Of a stretch of DNA of 64,000 nucleotides, positions 55,839-64,000 are shown one piece after another (position 1 is the first letter of the stretch; each line of letters starts with the position of its first letter). The position numbers and the translations under genes are program-made. This DNA is from Burkholderiales bacterium (GTDB lineage: Bacteria; Pseudomonadota; Gammaproteobacteria; Burkholderiales; SHXO01): NCBI GenBank assembly GCA_020854105.1, contig JADZGB010000022.1:7805-71804 (forward strand), in the 5' to 3' direction. The notes beneath the pieces were generated by a model that saw nothing but the letters and a program-made list of their open reading frames with translations, had not been told where the DNA came from and ran no database searches.

Positions 55839-56831
55839 TCATTGCAGGCGGCGCATGATGACCGCGTCGCGCCGGTAGCCGCCGGGCACGCGTGCGCTGC
55901 GCTCGAAATCCATGCGCTCCGGAAGCGCGTCGCGCAGATTGACGGTGTAGCGGGCAAGATCGCGGATCTCGACCTTCAGCTGATCCAGGTCCGTGTCCTT
56001 CGGACGCCGCTCGGGCGGAATCTTCGCCATCAGCGACTCGATCACGATGCGCGCGCTGTCCGGGTGCAGGTTCTGGTCCATCGTGACCGCGGCCAGGCCG
56101 TTGTTGCCGTCCACCCAGTCCACTCGAAGCACGCCGTGCGCCGGCAGGCCGGGACCACCGAACGGGTTGGACAGCTGCGCGTCGTACTCGCGCGGCGCGT
56201 CGATCGGGAACGACTTCCCCATCGGGAAGAAGAACATGCGCGGTTCGCGTAACAGCACGGATTCGAGATTGCCGCGGTCGGAGAACATGCGCTGCACCAG
56301 TTCCGTCGCCTGCCTGGCAGCCGCGGCGTCGCCGCGCCGCGCGAGCACCGCCTCCATCTGCGCCAGCATGCGGTCCACCAGCGGACGCACTTCGTCGTAG
56401 TTGCGCAGCTGCACGAACTCGCCGCCCGGATCGAACTCGAGCTCGTAGCGGATCTCCTGCACCAGCTCCCAGATCGACTCGGCATCCGCGAACGACGTGC
56501 CCGCGTTCTGCGATGGCGCGGTCTCGGGACGCAGGTGCGACCAGCGCACGACAGTGCCCTGCGGTCCGGACTCGAGAACCTCGATCGTCACCCGCAACAG
56601 GTTCGCGCTTCGCTGCGGCGGTTGATTGGGCATCTGGCGCTCGTGCTCCTTGCGCAGTTCCAGCCGGATCACGTCCCCTGCCTTCGGCCGCATCGACAGC
56701 TCGAGCCGACGCCCTGAGGCGGCCGGCTCCTCCCCGGCATGCGCGCTTCCCGCCACCTGCGCCGCGAGCGCCAGCGCGGCCGCCGCCACACAGCGGCGCA
56801 GCGCGCACCATCCTACCTGCCCTGCATGCAT
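55839..56831 (-). CDS. Secreted hypothetical protein (330 aa)
   Basis: ORF 55839..57269 trimmed to ATG 56831, just after the stop of the upstream gene. It has a signal-like N-terminus (CVAAAALALAAQVAGSAHA). I recognise no domain. Confidence 0.55.
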   Translation of the reverse strand: MHAGQVGWCALRRCVAAAALALAAQVAGSAHAGEEPAASGRRLELSMRPKAGDVIRLELRKEHERQMPNQPPQRSANLLRVTIEVLESGPQGTVVRWSHLRPETAPSQNAGTSFADAESIWELVQEIRYELEFDPGGEFVQLRNYDEVRPLVDRMLAQMEAVLARRGDAAAARQATELVQRMFSDRGNLESVLLREPRMFFFPMGKSFPIDAPREYDAQLSNPFGGPGLPAHGVLRVDWVDGNNGLAAVTMDQNLHPDSARIVIESLMAKIPPERRPKDTDLDQLKVEIRDLARYTVNLRDALPERMDFERSARVPGGYRRDAVIMRRLQ

Positions 56832-56835
56832 CGGC

Positions 56836-58011
56836 CTACTCCTGTGCGGTCGCCCTGGACAGATCCAGCGCGCGCCACAGGTACCAGCTCGCCACACTGC
56901 GGAAGGGTCGCCAGCGCTCCCCGCGGCGGGCCATGCCGGCGCGGTCCGCCTTCGCGTCCGTGCCGAAGGTGAGCGCGAAGCCCTGGCGCACGCCGTAGTC
57001 GTCCAGCGGCAGCACGTCCGGCCTGCCCAGGCGGAACACGAGGAGCATCTCCACCGTCCAGCGGCCGATGCCGCGCACCTGGGTGAGACGCTCGACCAGC
57101 AGCTCATCGTCCATCGCCTGCGCCTGCTCCAGGGTCGGCAGCTCGCCCTCGAGCGTGCGCTGCGCGAGGTCGCGCAATGCCGCGAGCTTGCCGCTGGACA
57201 GCCCCGCGCCGAGCAGGCGGGTATCGGACATGCGCGCGAGCAGCGCGGCATCGGGTCCGTGGTGCGCATTCGGAAAGAGTGCGCACAGCCGGGCGTGGAT
57301 GCTGGCGGCCGCTCGCCCGTTGAGCTGCTGGTAGACGATCGACTCGGCCAGCGCGGCGAACAGGCTCGGCGTGCGTTTGAGCTGCAGCCGGTACGGCCCC
57401 ACCCGGTCGATCAGCCGGGCGAGCTTACGGTCGCGCGCGCGCAGGTGTTCCAGCGCGGCAGCGGCCTCGTAGGGCAGATCACCCGCAGCCCTATCGCGAT
57501 GGAACTGCTCGATGCCCAGCAGGCGCAGCTTGGTGGCGATGCCGCCGTGTGCGCTGAAGCCACCCACGCGGCCACCGGCCGCCAGCACGCGATGGCAGGG
57601 GACTACGATGGGAAACGGATTGCGTCCCATCGCCTGCCCCACCGCCCGCGCCGCACCGGGGGCGCCGACGCGCGCCGCAAGCTCGCCGTAGGTCAGTGTC
57701 TGACCGGGCGCGATGTCGCGTGCGACCACGTACACGCGCCGGTGGAAATCCGGCACGCGCGCGAGATCCAGCACTATGCCGGAGAGTTCCGCGGGCTCGC
57801 CGCGCAGCAGCGCGCTGATCGCCCCGGCCGCACGCGACGCCGCCTCGTCGGGCGCCGCCTCGACCGCGTTCCCGAAACGCGCCTTCAGGCGCGCGCACGC
57901 GTGCGCCTCGCTCGCCTCCGGCAGCTGCACGGCCACCAGGCCTGCGTCGCTCCACGCGATGGCGCATCGACCCACGGCGGTGTCGAACAGGGTATAGCGA
58001 ATGGATTCCAC
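56836..58011 (-). CDS. Fusion of O6-methylguanine-DNA methyltransferase (Ogt) and DNA-3-methyladenine glycosylase II (AlkA-like HhH-GPD)
   Basis: 391 aa. The N-terminal half carries the PCHRV active site. The C-terminal half carries the HhH motif (VRGIGRWTVEMLL) and the catalytic-Asp context (LPLDDYGV). Confidence 0.85.
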   Translation of the reverse strand: MESIRYTLFDTAVGRCAIAWSDAGLVAVQLPEASEAHACARLKARFGNAVEAAPDEAASRAAGAISALLRGEPAELSGIVLDLARVPDFHRRVYVVARDIAPGQTLTYGELAARVGAPGAARAVGQAMGRNPFPIVVPCHRVLAAGGRVGGFSAHGGIATKLRLLGIEQFHRDRAAGDLPYEAAAALEHLRARDRKLARLIDRVGPYRLQLKRTPSLFAALAESIVYQQLNGRAAASIHARLCALFPNAHHGPDAALLARMSDTRLLGAGLSSGKLAALRDLAQRTLEGELPTLEQAQAMDDELLVERLTQVRGIGRWTVEMLLVFRLGRPDVLPLDDYGVRQGFALTFGTDAKADRAGMARRGERWRPFRSVASWYLWRALDLSRATAQE

Positions 58012-58050
58012 GCAGTCACTATAGCCCGTTCCCGCACACGCGCGTGCGGC

Positions 58051-59376
58051 TCAGGGCCGGATGCCGGTCACGCGCCAGACGGTATTGCCCACGTCGTCGG
58101 CCACCAGCAGATCTCCGCGCCGGTCCACCGCGACGCCCACCGGGCGGCCGCGCGCGCGGCCGTCTCCGTCCACGAAGCCATCGAGAACGGTGACCGGCAT
58201 GCCGCGGGGGCGGCCATCCTCGAAGCGCACGAACACGACCCTGTAACCGCTGCGCGGAGCGCGGTTCCACGATCCGTGCTGGCCGACGAACAAGCCGTCG
58301 GAGAATTGGGCGGGCAGCCGGTTCCGCTCCGCGAAGGTCAGTCCCAGCGACGCGGTGTGCGGCCCGAGCGCATAGTCCGGCACGATCGCGCGTGCGATCA
58401 GATCAGGGCGCTGCGGCTTCACGCGCGCATCGACGTGCGCGCCGAAGTAGCCGTACGGCCACCCGTAGAAGCCGCCGGACTGCACCGAGGTCATGTAGTC
58501 GGGCACCAGGTCGCTGCCGAGTTCGTCGCGTTCGTTCACGACCACCCACAGCTGGCTGCTGCCCGGCTCCCACGCCATGCCCACGGGATTGCGCAGGCCC
58601 GAGGCATGGATGCGGTGCGCGCCGGTGGCGCGGTCGATCTCCCAGATCGCCGCGCGGCCCTGTTCCCTGTCGAGTCCGTTCTCGCCCACGTTGCTGTTCG
58701 AGCCGACACCGACGTAGAGCCGGACGCCGTCCGCGCTCGCCAGAAGACTCTTGGTCCAGTGACGGTTCGGCTCACCCGCGGGGAGGTCGATCAGCTTCGT
58801 CGCCGACGCGTCGATGCGGGTCTGGTCCGTGCGGTAGGGCACACTGATCACGGCATCGGTGTTCGCGACATAGAGCACGTCCTCCACCAGCGCCATGCCG
58901 AAGGGCGAGTCGAGGCCGTCGAGCAGGATCGAGCGCAACTCCGCCACGCCGTCGCCGTCGGCATCGCGCAGCAGCGAGATGCGGTTCGCGCTCGGCACCC
59001 CGGCTCCGGCACGCTTCATCACCCAGCGTGCGATGCGCGCCCGTATGCCGATGACCTTCCTGGGCGGTGCATTGGTTTCGGCCACCAGCACGTCGCCGTT
59101 GGGCAGGACGTACAACCAGCGGGGATGGTCGAGGCCGGTGGCGAAGGCGTTGACGCTCAAGCCCGGCGCCGGAGTGGGCTGCTCGCCGTCCGCCCAGCCC
59201 TGGGCGGGCGCGATCTTCACCGTCGGAACGAGCGAGCGCCGGGGTTCGGGGAGGATCGGTGCGGGGCCGGTGCCGGCACTGACCGGCAGGTGCGCACGGT
59301 CGCCGCAGCCGCTGCCAGCGAGCACGAGCAGGCTCAGGGCAATCACACGGGCCGGGAAGCAGCGGACCTCGGTCAT
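58051..59376 (-). CDS. PQQ-dependent sugar (sorbosone/glucose) dehydrogenase-like beta-propeller lipoprotein
   Basis: ORF 58051..59562 trimmed to ATG 59376. It has a lipobox (VLAGSGC). GLDHPRWLYVLPNGDVLVAE and GFYGWPY are typical of the soluble PQQ-dehydrogenase family. Confidence 0.8.
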   Translation of the reverse strand: MTEVRCFPARVIALSLLVLAGSGCGDRAHLPVSAGTGPAPILPEPRRSLVPTVKIAPAQGWADGEQPTPAPGLSVNAFATGLDHPRWLYVLPNGDVLVAETNAPPRKVIGIRARIARWVMKRAGAGVPSANRISLLRDADGDGVAELRSILLDGLDSPFGMALVEDVLYVANTDAVISVPYRTDQTRIDASATKLIDLPAGEPNRHWTKSLLASADGVRLYVGVGSNSNVGENGLDREQGRAAIWEIDRATGAHRIHASGLRNPVGMAWEPGSSQLWVVVNERDELGSDLVPDYMTSVQSGGFYGWPYGYFGAHVDARVKPQRPDLIARAIVPDYALGPHTASLGLTFAERNRLPAQFSDGLFVGQHGSWNRAPRSGYRVVFVRFEDGRPRGMPVTVLDGFVDGDGRARGRPVGVAVDRRGDLLVADDVGNTVWRVTGIRP

Positions 59377-59458
59377 GGCGTGACGTCCATGCGGGAAGAA
59401 GGTGAGCAGGCCGGGGCCAAGTGCCATTCCCGTTGCATGGCCTGCAATGGCGATGCGC

Positions 59459-60445
59459 TCACTGCTCCACCCGTATGCCGGCTTCCTGGATGACGTGCGC
59501 CCACTTGGCAGTCTCGGCGCGCATGAACTGCGTGAAGTCCTCCGGCGTGCGGGGATCCGCAATCAGGCCGCGCGCAGTCAATGCCGCCCGCACCCCGGTC
59601 TCCTCCAGTGTCCTGCGCACGTCCGCGCTGATGCGCTGTACCAGCGTCGCCGGCGTACGCATGGACACCACCAGTCCGGCCCAGCCGAAACCGACTACGT
59701 CGGGAAAGCCGGATTCGGCGATGGCTGGCGTGTCGGGCAGCTGCGCGATGCGTTGCGGCGTAGTCACGGCCAGGGCCCGCAGCTTTCCGGCCCCGATCTG
59801 CGGAAGCGCGGATGCCACGCTGTCGAGCATGAGCGGGATCTGGCCGCCCACCAGGTCCACCATCGCCGGTCCGCTGCCCTTGTACGGCAGGTGCTCGAAG
59901 GTGAAGCGCGCACGTGCGGCGAACAGCTCCAGGATCAGGTGCTGCGAACTGCCCTGCCCCGGCGTGGCCACCGGCAGGCGCACACCGGGCCTGCGCGCAT
60001 GCGCGAGGAATTCCTGCACGGTGCGTGCCGGGAAATCCCGATGCGCGACCAGCAGCAGGGGCGCCTGCACGACGTTCGACACACCGGCGAAATCGGCCAG
60101 CGGCCGGTACGGCAGTCCGGCCAGCAGCGTGGGGTTGGTGGTGAGCGTACCCGTGGTCGCCATGACCATCGTGTGCCCGTCGCCGGCGGCACGTTTGCCC
60201 GCCATCATGGCCGGCACGCCCATGCCGCCGCCGCGGTTCTCGACCACGACCGACTGGCCCCACACCTCCTGGAGCCGCTGTGCCAGCAGCCGCGCGGCGA
60301 AGTCGGCCGCCTGGCCGGGCGGATACGCCACGATCATGCGCACGGGACGGGAGGGAAACCGCGGCTGCGCGCGTCCGGGCGAAACGAACGTGGCCCCTGC
60401 CGCGGCCAGCAGCGCACGCCGCCGCGCATCGAAATCCTTGCTCAC
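59459..60445 (-). CDS. Bug/TctC-family periplasmic substrate-binding protein (orphan)
   Basis: ORF 59459..60532. I propose GTG 60445, with GGAG 6 nt upstream, which gives VSKDFDARRRALLAAAGATF as a Tat-like signal. Contains PSRPVRMIVAYPPG. Confidence 0.8.
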   Translation of the reverse strand: MSKDFDARRRALLAAAGATFVSPGRAQPRFPSRPVRMIVAYPPGQAADFAARLLAQRLQEVWGQSVVVENRGGGMGVPAMMAGKRAAGDGHTMVMATTGTLTTNPTLLAGLPYRPLADFAGVSNVVQAPLLLVAHRDFPARTVQEFLAHARRPGVRLPVATPGQGSSQHLILELFAARARFTFEHLPYKGSGPAMVDLVGGQIPLMLDSVASALPQIGAGKLRALAVTTPQRIAQLPDTPAIAESGFPDVVGFGWAGLVVSMRTPATLVQRISADVRRTLEETGVRAALTARGLIADPRTPEDFTQFMRAETAKWAHVIQEAGIRVEQ

Positions 60446-60724
60446 GCATGGCTCCGTCGAGGGCAAGCGGCAGATGATACGGCCTGGAACGCACGACGTC
60501 CCCGCCCGCGGACACGTCCGAACTGGCAGCATGCATCGTCCCTGCCTGCGCGCCCGCCACGCAGGTCAGCCCGAGCCTCGTGCACGGGCGCGCCCGGCGG
60601 GATGGGCCAGGCCGGCCCGGAGCGGCGCACGCGCCGCGGTTGCGCTTCGGTTAATCTCGGTCCAATTGAGCGAAGCAGACTGGCGTCCCGACGCCCCGAA
60701 CTCGTGCAATCCGAAAGCCACTCG

Positions 60725-61849
60725 ATGACATCCGCACCCCGCCTGCAGGTCGCCACTGCACATGGCCACACCGTGCTGCGCCTGAGCGGGCTGCTGGACG
60801 CCGCGCGCGTGGATGCGGTGTGGAATGCGGCCCTGGAGGCGGTGCAACGGTCTCCGGATGCGCCCGTCGTGGTGGACACGGCGGCGGTGGAGCATCTCGA
60901 CGGCGCGGGAATCGCCCTGCTCCTCGACCTGCTGCGCCAGCCTCGAGGTGAAAACGCCGGCGTGCGCATCGAGGGCCTGGCTGCACGCTACCAGGCATTG
61001 CTCGACCAGTTCGACCCGGCGCAGTTCCGCGCGCAGCCGGAGCGCGCACGCAGACCGGCGAGCGTGCGCGAGGTGCTCGGACGCGGCAGCATGGCCGCGA
61101 CATCCGGCGCACTCGATGCGCTCGCCTTCGTGGGCGAAACGACGAAGGCATTGATGCACGCCCTGCGCGCGCCGCGCAGCCTGCGCTGGCGCGACACCCT
61201 GACAGCGGCGCAGCGTGGGGGCGCGGACGCCTTGCCCATCGTGTCCCTGATCTCGTTCCTGATGGGCCTCATCCTCGCCTTCCAGGCCGCGGTCGCCATG
61301 CGTCAGTACGGTGCGGAGATGCTGGTGGCCGATCTCGTCGGGATATCGCTGGTGCGCGAACTGGCGCCGCTGATGACAGCCATCCTGCTGGCGGGCCGCT
61401 CGGGCGCGGCGTTTGCTGCCGAGATCGGGACGATGCGCGTAGACGAAGAGGTGGACGCCCTCGTCACCATGGGCCTGGACCCGGTGCGTTTCCTGGTCGT
61501 GCCACGCCTGCTGGCCGCACTCGTCATGACGCCGCTGCTCACCCTGTATGCCATGATGGTGGGCCTGTTCGGCGGCGCGGCGGTGATGTCCACCTTCGAG
61601 ATTCCGCTTTCGGCCTACATGCGCGAGACATTCGCGTTCGTCACGCTGTCCGACTTCGTCGGCGACATGGTGAAGACCTTCGTGTTCGGCGCCATCGTCG
61701 CCGGCGTCGGCTGCCTGCGCGGACTGCGGACGCGCGCGGGCGCGGAATCGGTGGGCTTGGCCGCCACCAGCGCCGTGGTCACCTCACTCGTGCTCATCGT
61801 CGTCGCCGACGGGATATTCGCCGTCGTGTACTACCATCTCCGCGTATGA
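60725..61849 (+). CDS. MlaE-family ABC transporter permease with an N-terminal STAS domain
   Basis: Frame of ORF 59402..61849, trimmed to ATG 60725 (374 aa). The first roughly 100 aa are STAS-like (HTVLRLSGLLDAARVDAVWN...LDGAGIALLLDLL), followed by MlaE TM blocks (REL(A)PLMTAILLAGRSGAAFAAEIGTMRV). Confidence 0.85.
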   Translation: MTSAPRLQVATAHGHTVLRLSGLLDAARVDAVWNAALEAVQRSPDAPVVVDTAAVEHLDGAGIALLLDLLRQPRGENAGVRIEGLAARYQALLDQFDPAQFRAQPERARRPASVREVLGRGSMAATSGALDALAFVGETTKALMHALRAPRSLRWRDTLTAAQRGGADALPIVSLISFLMGLILAFQAAVAMRQYGAEMLVADLVGISLVRELAPLMTAILLAGRSGAAFAAEIGTMRVDEEVDALVTMGLDPVRFLVVPRLLAALVMTPLLTLYAMMVGLFGGAAVMSTFEIPLSAYMRETFAFVTLSDFVGDMVKTFVFGAIVAGVGCLRGLRTRAGAESVGLAATSAVVTSLVLIVVADGIFAVVYYHLRV

Positions 61850-62625
61850 GCACGCTGCCGCCGCTCCCGGACACCGGGCCCATCATCCGGGTGGAGAACC
61901 TGACCATAGGCTACGGCGGGAAACCGGTGCTCGAGAACGTGAGCTTCGAGGTGCGACGCGGCGAGGTGCTGGTGATCCTGGGCGGATCGGGCTCCGGCAA
62001 GAGCACCCTGCTCAAGCACATGATCGGCCTGTACACGCCCATGACCGGCCGGGTGCTGATCGGAGGCGACGACATCGTGCACGCGGAGGGCGCGCAGCGC
62101 CAGGCGATCCTGCGCAGGTTCGGCGTGATGTATCAGCACGGAGCGCTGTTCGGCTCGATGACGCTCCTGGAGAACGTGCGTCTGCCCCTCGAGACGTTCA
62201 CCGCCCTGAGTGCGCGTGCGATCGATCTCGTTGCCCGCACCAAGATCGACCTGGTGCAGCTCACCGGCGCCGAGGATAGGCTGCCGGCGGAGCTGTCGGG
62301 CGGGATGCGCAAGCGTGCCGCCATCGCGCGCGCGATGGCGCTCGATCCGGGCATCCTGTTCCTGGACGAACCGTCCGCCGGCCTCGATCCGATCGTCTCC
62401 GCGGACATCGACCAGCTCGTTCTGCGGCTGTCGCGCAACCTCGGCGTGACCTTCGTGGTGGTCTCGCACGAGCTGCCCAGCATCTTCGCCATCGCCAGCC
62501 GTGTCGTCATGCTCGACCGCCGCAGCAAGTCGATCGCCGCGAGCGGCGATCCGCGCGAGCTGCGCGAGCACGCGCCGGACGAGTGGGTGCGCCGCTTCCT
62601 CAATCGCGAGCCGGAGCCGGCGTGA
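61846..62625 (+). CDS. MlaF-type ABC transporter ATP-binding protein
   Basis: 259 aa. ATG overlaps the permease stop (ATGA). Contains GGSGSGKST, LSGGMRKRAAIARA and LFLDEPSAGLDP. Confidence 0.9.
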   Translation: MSTLPPLPDTGPIIRVENLTIGYGGKPVLENVSFEVRRGEVLVILGGSGSGKSTLLKHMIGLYTPMTGRVLIGGDDIVHAEGAQRQAILRRFGVMYQHGALFGSMTLLENVRLPLETFTALSARAIDLVARTKIDLVQLTGAEDRLPAELSGGMRKRAAIARAMALDPGILFLDEPSAGLDPIVSADIDQLVLRLSRNLGVTFVVVSHELPSIFAIASRVVMLDRRSKSIAASGDPRELREHAPDEWVRRFLNREPEPA

Positions 62626-62939
62626 GCCAGGCACGCCTGCGCGCCCGCCACATCCGACTCGGCGCCTTCATCCTCGGGGCCGTGGCCATTGCCGTGATCT
62701 TCGTCGTCGCGTTCGGCGCCGGCTGGTGGTGGCGGCCGAAGGTGCTGATGGAGACCTACTTCGACGAATCCGTGCAGGGCATCGACGTCAGCTCGCCGCT
62801 GAAGTACCGCGGCGTGAACGTGGGCGTGGTGAGCCGCATCGGCTTCACCTACACCGACTACGAGCAGGACAAGCCCGCCGCGCAGCGTTCTGTTCGCCGA
62901 CCCGCCTGCCCCGTTGCAACGCCCGACCGCCACCCGCAA
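62622..62939 (+). pseudogene. Truncated MCE/MlaD-like component (TM helix plus first third of the MCE domain only), in frame with the next gene
   Basis: GTG 62622 overlaps the mlaF stop (GTGA). It encodes RLGAFILGAVAIAVIFVVAF (TM) and then YFDESVQGIDVSSPLKYRGVNVGVVSRIGF (start of the MCE domain). After about 90 residues the similarity stops. The frame then runs without a stop into the lipoprotein ATG at 62940. Confidence 0.5.
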
Positions 62940-63566
62940 ATGACACGCCTCCTTCGCAGCTGCGCGCTCGTTGCCCTGCTCTGCAGCACGGCCGCCTGCG
63001 GCCTGACCGCTCCCGCACCGGCGCGCAACACCTGGCTTCCGCGCGCGGACGTGCCGCAGATGGCACACCAGACCGGGCCGGTTCCGGGGCTGCTGCTGGT
63101 GAACGTGTTCTCGGTGGCGGAGGCGTTCGCCGGCAAGCCGATGGTGTACCGCTTCGACGAGCACCGCTACGAGACCGACTTCTACAACGAGTTCCTGGTC
63201 GCGCCGCGCGACTTCGTCAGCCAGAGCGCACTGGAATGGATGCAGCGCGCCGACATGTTCGAGAGCGTGGCGCCGGCTGCCGGTGCGCGCGCGCCGCGCG
63301 CCATGCTGCTGCAGGGTTCGGTGAACGAGCTGTACGCCGACGTGCGTGAAGCACGGCGCCCGATGGCGGTGGTGGCCATCCAGTTCTACCTGGTGGACGA
63401 GACGCAGCCCTCCCGGCCACTGCGTCTTGCCGAGGAACTGCGCCGCTCGGTGCCGATTCCGGACGCGTCGGCGGCCGCGTATGCGCAGGGGGTGAGCCGG
63501 GCCCTGACCGAGATCTTCGGCGAACTCGAACAGCGCCTGCGCAGCATGGCAGGCGCCCCGGGTTGA
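62940..63566 (+). CDS. ABC-type transport auxiliary lipoprotein (DUF330/PqiC-like)
   Basis: The internal ATG 62940 of ORF 62583..63566 gives MTRLLRSCALVALLCSTAACG, a lipoprotein signal. This is the usual fourth gene of STAS-MlaE/MlaF/MCE clusters. Confidence 0.7.
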   Translation: MTRLLRSCALVALLCSTAACGLTAPAPARNTWLPRADVPQMAHQTGPVPGLLLVNVFSVAEAFAGKPMVYRFDEHRYETDFYNEFLVAPRDFVSQSALEWMQRADMFESVAPAAGARAPRAMLLQGSVNELYADVREARRPMAVVAIQFYLVDETQPSRPLRLAEELRRSVPIPDASAAAYAQGVSRALTEIFGELEQRLRSMAGAPG

Positions 63567-63698
63567 GCGATCGAGCGCGTTGAGCGATCGAGCGGGCTGA
63601 CCGATCGGGCAGGTTGATCGATCGGACCGGTTGACCGGCGGGGCGGGCTGACCGCCGGGCGCGGGGTGGCCGGCCGGACGCGGACCGACCGGCTAGAC
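63563..63698. repeat. 17-nt tandem repeat array (6 clear + 2 degenerate units), consensus YTGAnCGATCGrGCGsG
   Basis: Units start at 63563, 63580, 63597, 63614, 63631 and 63648, with decayed units at 63665 and 63682. The first four units carry the palindrome CGATCG. Confidence 0.75.
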
Positions 63699-64000
63699 GC
63701 CGGCAAGTGCGGCCACGATGTCGGGCTCGATCGATTCCGGCGTGCTGGTGGGCGCGTAACGGGCGATGACCTTGCCGTCCCGGCTCACCAGGAACTTGGT
63801 GAAGTTCCACTTGATCGATTCCGTCCCCAGGATGCCGGGCTCGGATGACTTGAGCCACGCGTACAGCGGGTGCGTGGCCGGCCCGTTCACGTCGATCTTG
63901 CCGAACATCGGGAAGCTCACGCCGAAGCGCGTCTCGCAGAACTGCACGATCTCCGGTTCGCTGGCGGGCTCCTGCGATCCGAACTGATTGCAGGGAAAGC
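63693..64000 (-). CDS. Glutathione peroxidase; 5' end lies outside the window
   Basis: ORF 63693..63947 contains KWNFTKFLV. My extension of the frame to the window edge reads FPCNQFGSQEP, another glutathione peroxidase signature. Confidence 0.85.
   Translation of the reverse strand, partial: FPCNQFGSQEPASEPEIVQFCETRFGVSFPMFGKIDVNGPATHPLYAWLKSSEPGILGTESIKWNFTKFLVSRDGKVIARYAPTSTPESIEPDIVAALAGV

Noticed and set aside
56626-59493. 955-aa plus-strand ORF, the longest in the track.
   Set aside because: It runs antisense across three recognisable minus-strand genes (Ogt-AlkA, PQQ dehydrogenase and the Bug protein). It has no motifs and a shadow-ORF composition.
59402-60724. N-terminal 441 residues of the 815-aa ORF containing MlaE.
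   Set aside because: This upstream portion is antisense to the Bug-family gene and is Arg-rich. The STAS-MlaE homology begins at ATG 60725.
60601-60724. GCTTCG-N21-CGAAGC dyad flanking TTAATCTCGGTCCAATTGA in the divergent Bug/MlaE promoter region, considered as a possible operator.
   Set aside because: The arms are only 6 bp, the spacing is unusual, and there is no second copy in the window. It is indistinguishable from chance in this context.
63563-63698. Tandem repeats considered as a CRISPR array (also the REP clusters at 35047 and 54462).
   Set aside because: The units are only 17 nt and directly abut with no spacers. There are no cas genes. The REP copies are hairpin elements with variable spacing.

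Overview
This is a visibly GC-rich chromosomal window; I did not compute the GC content. The gene content looks Burkholderiales/betaproteobacteria-like, which is an inference from two Bug/TctC-type binding proteins plus TctAB, an intracellular PhaZ, CysB, and a cysI-DUF934-cysH-cysDN-cobA operon. I call about 58 protein-coding genes. I saw no rRNA, tRNA, CRISPR array, transposase, integrase or phage genes.

Gene blocks in order:
- 1-4929: an Ior-like Mo-hydroxylase behind a TctCBA transporter.
- 5.2-17 kb: phaZ, srkA, hydrolases, CoA-transferase/crotonase genes and a PAS-GGDEF-EAL protein.
- 17.2-32.4 kb: a sulfur-assimilation region (sbp-cysTWA, cysB, cysI-DUF934-cysH-cysD-cysN-cobA-cbiX), interrupted by an MFS transporter, a serine hydrolase and a cupin.
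- 32.4-35.0 kb: acpH translationally coupled to a Gcr-type (so-called site-specific recombinase family) membrane protein.
- 37.2-40.7 kb: a run of uncharacterised secreted, lipoprotein and GAF genes.
- 43.0-47.8 kb: a cupin, methyltransferase, amidase, DUF599 and FIST string.
- 47.8-50.0 kb: a PlpD-like patatin type Vd autotransporter.
- 51.1-55.8 kb: a TolC/MacA/split-MacB efflux set.
- 56.8-58.0 kb: an Ogt-AlkA fusion.
- 60.7-63.6 kb: a STAS-MlaE/MlaF/MCE/lipoprotein cluster.

I did not find a clear-cut novel system. The most unusual observations are:
- The MCE gene is collapsed to about 106 codons and reads in frame into the downstream lipoprotein gene.
- A 17-nt tandem array fills the whole spacer between two convergent stop codons.
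- A 28-bp perfect inverted-repeat element sits inside a CoA-metabolism operon.
- A REP-like hairpin family occurs at five or more loci.
- Several co-directional clusters encode proteins with no recognisable function.

The many long ORFs antisense to recognisable genes are treated as high-GC artefacts.
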